Part shown: piece after piece, positions 60,456 through 64,000 of the stretch
Position numbering within the stretch: the stretch's first letter is position 1
Layout of the letters: each line of letters begins with the position of its first letter
Position numbers and translations under genes: made by a program
The notes under the pieces: model-generated
Seen by the model: only the letters and a program-made list of their open reading frames with translations
Database searches by the model: none
Told to the model about the DNA's origin: nothing
Source of the DNA: a virus
Virus record (IMG/VR): IMGVR_UViG_3300002131_000090
Location: 82,633-146,632 of that record
Reading direction: 5' to 3' (one strand)
Length of the DNA: 64,000 bases

Positions 60456-62161
60456 GTTGGAAAAAATACTTTACCCCAGTACCTACTAGTATGAATAATT
60501 CTGGAAGTTATAGCCCGTTTAGTTTTAAAGGTGGCACAGGTGTTGGTCCTGCTGCTGCAAATTATAGTTCACATCTTCCTGACGTATATCTAGGATCGCC
60601 AAATCGTGTTGAACGTTATGGCCAATACAACACTATGGATAACGACAGTGAAGTTAATGCTGCCCTTGATATTCTAGCAGAATTTTGCAGTCAAAAAAAT
60701 AAAGAAAACAATACTCCGTTTCGTATACAATTTAATACCAATGCAACAAACAGTGAAATTCAAATACTTGGACAATACTTAAAACAATGGGTTAAAATAC
60801 AAGAATTTGAAAAAAGAATATTTAAAATTATTAGAAACGTCTTTAAGTATGGCGATCAGTTTTTTATTAGAGATCCAGAAACTAAAAAATGGTTTCATGT
60901 TGATCCTGCAAACTTATCAAAAATTATTGTTAACGAGAGTGAAGGCAAACGTCCTGAGCAATATATAGTTAAAGATCTTAATATTGCATTTGAAACATTA
61001 AGTGCAACAAAAATTAACACAACACATGCATACGGCCCTGGCGGCGGCTTACCTGGTTATGAAACTATTGACCAAAAATATATGACAGGTCGTACGCCAG
61101 ATGCTAGTACAGGTAGATTTGGCAACAATACAAACGAAACTGCTATTGATGCCGAACATGTTGTACATTTAAGTTTAAACGAAGGATTAGACAACAATTT
61201 TCCGTTTGGAAATAGTCTACTAGAAACTGTATTCAAAGTTTACAAGCAAAAAGAATTACTCGAAGATGCTATTATCATCTATCGAGTACAACGTGCGCCA
61301 GAACGCAGAGTGTTTTATGTTGATGTAGGTAACATGCCAAGTCACCTTGCTATGCAATTTGTTGAACGTGTTAAAACTGAAATACACCAAAGACGTATTC
61401 CAAGTAAAACCGGTGGCGGCACTAACGTAATTGATAGTACATATAATCCATTGAGTATTAACGAAGATTACTTCTTTCCGCAAACCGCAGAAGGGCGTGG
61501 ATCAAAAGTTGAAACACTACCAGGCGGCACTAACTTAGGAGAGATTGATGACTTACGATACTTTACTAATAAGTTACTACGCGGCTTACGTATCCCAAGT
61601 TCGTACTTACCAACTGGAGCAGATGATTCATCTTCACAATATAATGACGGACGTGTGGGCACAGCATACATTCAAGAATTACGATTCAACAACTATTGCG
61701 AACGTTTGCAAAGTTTAATTACTGAAGTATTTAATAGTGAATTTAAATTATATCTAAGCAACAAAGGTGTAAACATCGACGTATCAATGTTTGATCTAAA
61801 ATTACAACCTCCACAAAACTTTGCAAGCTATCGTCAAGCAGAACTTGATAGTAATAGAATTGCTACATTTACACAAATGCAACAAGTTCCGTTTATGTCA
61901 AACAGATTTGCATTGAGTCGTTTCTTAGGACTAAGCAAAGAAGAAATTGCAGAAAACGAAAGACTATGGCGTGAAGAAAATGATGAGAATTTTGCAGTTG
62001 ATGGTCAAAATGCAGATGCTAGTATGAGAGATGCTGGTATTACAGGAGCAGATATAAGTGCAGATTTAGGAGCAGCCGAAGGTGATTTAGCACCTGAGGA
62101 TATGGAAGCACCTGCCGAAGGAGACGTAACCGCTCCTGAAGAAACAGCGCCGGGAGTATAA
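60452..62161 (+). CDS. gp20: portal protein, T4 gp20-like
   Basis: LLEDAIIIYRVQRAPERRVFYVDVGNMP...EDYFFP...GRGSKVETLPGG.NLGEIDDLRYF..KL.RGLRIPSSYL...ELRF. Confidence 0.93.
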   Translation: MSWKKYFTPVPTSMNNSGSYSPFSFKGGTGVGPAAANYSSHLPDVYLGSPNRVERYGQYNTMDNDSEVNAALDILAEFCSQKNKENNTPFRIQFNTNATNSEIQILGQYLKQWVKIQEFEKRIFKIIRNVFKYGDQFFIRDPETKKWFHVDPANLSKIIVNESEGKRPEQYIVKDLNIAFETLSATKINTTHAYGPGGGLPGYETIDQKYMTGRTPDASTGRFGNNTNETAIDAEHVVHLSLNEGLDNNFPFGNSLLETVFKVYKQKELLEDAIIIYRVQRAPERRVFYVDVGNMPSHLAMQFVERVKTEIHQRRIPSKTGGGTNVIDSTYNPLSINEDYFFPQTAEGRGSKVETLPGGTNLGEIDDLRYFTNKLLRGLRIPSSYLPTGADDSSSQYNDGRVGTAYIQELRFNNYCERLQSLITEVFNSEFKLYLSNKGVNIDVSMFDLKLQPPQNFASYRQAELDSNRIATFTQMQQVPFMSNRFALSRFLGLSKEEIAENERLWREENDENFAVDGQNADASMRDAGITGADISADLGAAEGDLAPEDMEAPAEGDVTAPEETAPGV

Positions 62162-62164
62162 ATA
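62157..62164 (+). promoter_or_regulatory. T4 late promoter consensus TATAAATA, 5 nt from the ATG
   Basis: Exact T4 late consensus overlapping the portal stop codon. Confidence 0.6.
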
Positions 62165-62169
62165 TTACT

Positions 62170-62412
62170 ATGATAATAAGAGAATTATATTATTTTGACA
62201 AAGACACAATGGAACCAGTTGAGGACAACAGGTATGAAGCGTCTGATGACGATAGCATTGTAAGTATCACTGACACAAGAAAAACTAGACTAACATTAAA
62301 AGATATTAATAAAGCTAGACGTGCAGACGATATACATAGAAAAGAAAAAAGCAAAGACTTAATACAAGTTCGTTCAATGTACGGATTAGCTGCACAAGAA
62401 CCAATGGCATAA
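62170..62412 (+). CDS. small hypothetical protein in the head module
   Basis: 80-aa ORF after the portal gene (DTRKTRLTLKDINK); function not recognised. Confidence 0.65.
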   Translation: MIIRELYYFDKDTMEPVEDNRYEASDDDSIVSITDTRKTRLTLKDINKARRADDIHRKEKSKDLIQVRSMYGLAAQEPMA

Positions 62413-62422
62413 AGAGGTAAGG

Positions 62423-63178
62423 TTGTCTAAAACATACATTGCTGGCGAAACAAAAGAACAAAGAAAAATACGAAAACGCCAAGAAAAAGGGTTACCGACT
62501 AATATTATTACTAAACCAGTTACTACTCCTGCAGTTGTAACTAAAACTCTTACTGTCTTTGATAATAACAATAAAGAAACAGTAAAAGATATTTCATTTG
62601 TTTTAGGGAACGGTGTTAGTAGAGCTTCTATACCGCCAGCACATTTAAAAACACATGGAAAAGTATACGGATGCAATGCATTATACAGATCTTTTAAACC
62701 TGATTACTTAATTGCAGTTGATACAAAAATGATAAGAGAGATAACCACAGCGGGATATCATCGAGATAATCAAGTATGGACTAACCCTAATAAATTTTCA
62801 AGAGAGATATCCGGATTGAATTTATTTCAACCTAACTTAGGATGGAGTAGTGGACCTAGTGCATTAAATTTAGCAAGTATGCATTCTTATAATACAATTT
62901 ACATATTAGGATTTGATTATACGGGTATTGGAAGAAAACAGGAATTAGTTAATAATTTATATTCAGGTACGTTAAATTACAAAAAAGAAAATGAAAGATC
63001 TACGTATTTTGGAAATTGGAGTAGACAAACAAGCATTTGTATAAAGAAGTTTCCTAAGATAAAGTATATTCGTTTAGTAGAAAACATAAATAGTTTTATA
63101 CCAGAACACTTAATCGGAATTGAGAATTTAACACACATAACACTTGAAAATTTTAAGAAAAGATTCAACCTTGAGTAA
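62423..63178 (+). CDS. Maf/DUF115- or sialyltransferase-like protein
   Basis: FVLGNGVSR, YGCNALYR, PDYLIAVD, WSSGPSA, IYILGFD pattern. Confidence 0.5.
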   Translation: MSKTYIAGETKEQRKIRKRQEKGLPTNIITKPVTTPAVVTKTLTVFDNNNKETVKDISFVLGNGVSRASIPPAHLKTHGKVYGCNALYRSFKPDYLIAVDTKMIREITTAGYHRDNQVWTNPNKFSREISGLNLFQPNLGWSSGPSALNLASMHSYNTIYILGFDYTGIGRKQELVNNLYSGTLNYKKENERSTYFGNWSRQTSICIKKFPKIKYIRLVENINSFIPEHLIGIENLTHITLENFKKRFNLE

Positions 63179-63188
63179 TAAAATTACA

Positions 63189-63212
63189 AAATAGGCTCGT
63201 TTGAGCCTATTT
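63189..63212. terminator. hairpin, probable intrinsic terminator
   Basis: Perfect 10-bp stem AAATAGGCTC-gttt-GAGCCTATTT after 62423-63178. Confidence 0.6.
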
Positions 63213-63223
63213 CTACGCACTTT

Positions 63224-63242
63224 TATAAATAAAGTGTAAATA
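63224..63242 (+). promoter_or_regulatory. tandem T4-like late promoters TATAAATA / TGTAAATA
   Basis: Two TAAATA cores upstream of the AGGAG RBS of the scaffold gene. Confidence 0.6.
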
Positions 63243-63279
63243 TACTAGACAGCCTTACTAACACATATAGGAGATAGAC

Positions 63280-64000
63280 ATGACTGATCGTAACAAGTTT
63301 GAAGAAATGCTTGAGCGTCTTGTAAATGAAGACCGTGCAGGTGCAGAAGAATTATTCCACGAGATTGTAGTAGAAAAATCACGTGAGATTTATCAAAACA
63401 TTATTGAGTCTGAAGACCAAGAAGAAGATGACGAAGAAGTAGAAGAGTCAGCAGACGAAGAGTCAGCAGACGAAGATCTTGATGAATCATCAGAAGAAGA
63501 TGATTTAGATGAATCAGAAGAAGATGAACTAGACGAAATGTTTGGTTTAGATGAATTTGAAGTAGAAGCAGATCCAATGATGGGTGGCGATGAAACTGAC
63601 GACATGATAGGCGATGTTGAAATGCCTGCTATGGACGGCGAAGATGGCGGCGAAGGCGATGTTGAAGATCGTGTAGCTGATCTAGAAGATGCATTAGACT
63701 CGTTAAAAGCAGAATTTGAAGCACTAATGGCCGACGAAGCTGGCGAAGAAGATCACAGCGACATGGACATGGACGACGAAGACAGCGAAGAAGCTGATGA
63801 CGAAGAAGCTGATGACGAAGAAGCTGAAGAATCATTTGTTCCACAGTTTGAAAACAAAAGTAAACAATCTTCAACTGAGCAAATGCGTGAATATGTTGAA
63901 AAAGTAACAGCAAAAATGGGCGACAACGGTGCAAGCACAACGTCAACTGTAGCTAAACCAAACAACATGGGCGGAACATCTGCTAACATCGCAAAAGGCG
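63280..64000 (+). CDS. acidic prohead core/scaffold protein, truncated by window edge
   Basis: Not in the ORF track. ATG 63280 with AGGAG RBS: MTDRNKFEEMLERLVNEDRAGAEELFHEIVVEKSREIYQNIIESEDQEEDDEE..., open to the window end, extremely Asp/Glu-rich, downstream of portal. Confidence 0.75.
   Translation, partial: MTDRNKFEEMLERLVNEDRAGAEELFHEIVVEKSREIYQNIIESEDQEEDDEEVEESADEESADEDLDESSEEDDLDESEEDELDEMFGLDEFEVEADPMMGGDETDDMIGDVEMPAMDGEDGGEGDVEDRVADLEDALDSLKAEFEALMADEAGEEDHSDMDMDDEDSEEADDEEADDEEAEESFVPQFENKSKQSSTEQMREYVEKVTAKMGDNGASTTSTVAKPNNMGGTSANIAKG
63786..63827 (+). repeat. 15-bp in-frame tandem repeat (EEADD, about 3 copies)
   Basis: CGAAGAAGCTGATGA repeated; a second 15-bp duplication GAAGAGTCAGCAGAC x2 lies at 63442-63471. 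Confidence 0.7.

Noticed and set aside
63393-63989. Minus-strand Ser/Leu-rich ORFs at the window end
   Set aside because: Antisense shadows of the acidic plus-strand scaffold ORF starting at 63280
1-64000. Stop-codon reassignment
   Set aside because: Genes are long and tile the window in code 11, including a 13.9-kb ORF; TAA, TGA and TAG (7899) all end genes
1-64000. CRISPR array, tRNA genes, IS elements or integrase
   Set aside because: No repeat-spacer periodicity, cloverleaf or transposase/integrase motifs seen; only short in-frame coding repeats

Overview
AT-rich (roughly one-third G+C by eye) segment of a large T4-like myophage genome in the standard genetic code. (1) 1-16498, minus strand: a tightly coupled 18-gene glycan synthesis/modification cluster with a sulfotransferase (missed by the ORF track), a SAM methyltransferase-like protein, GT2-, GT8- and GT10-like glycosyltransferase pairs, two twitch-type radical SAM enzymes, four SGNH-fold proteins, a 2OG-Fe(II) oxygenase and an NDP-sugar epimerase. 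(2) 16554-51527, minus strand: baseplate/fibre module with three fibres sharing an N-terminal module, a 4639-aa structural protein, gp6, gp25, gp5, gp53 and three adjacent genes carrying three different peptidoglycan hydrolase domains. (3) 51627-57117, plus strand: late sigma factor gp55, gp47/gp46, a small basic protein and a minimal GIY-YIG nuclease, followed immediately by a ~480-nt GC-enriched, heavily base-paired non-coding element with a predicted pseudoknot. This nuclease + RNA pair is the best candidate for an undescribed system. (4) 57119-64000: gp26-like tail chaperone with a predicted -1 frameshift extension, tape measure, portal gp20, a Maf/sialyltransferase-like protein and the start of an acidic prohead scaffold. 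Sigma70-type and T4-late-type (TAAATA) promoters are visible. All assignments come from motif recognition by eye; no database searches were run.
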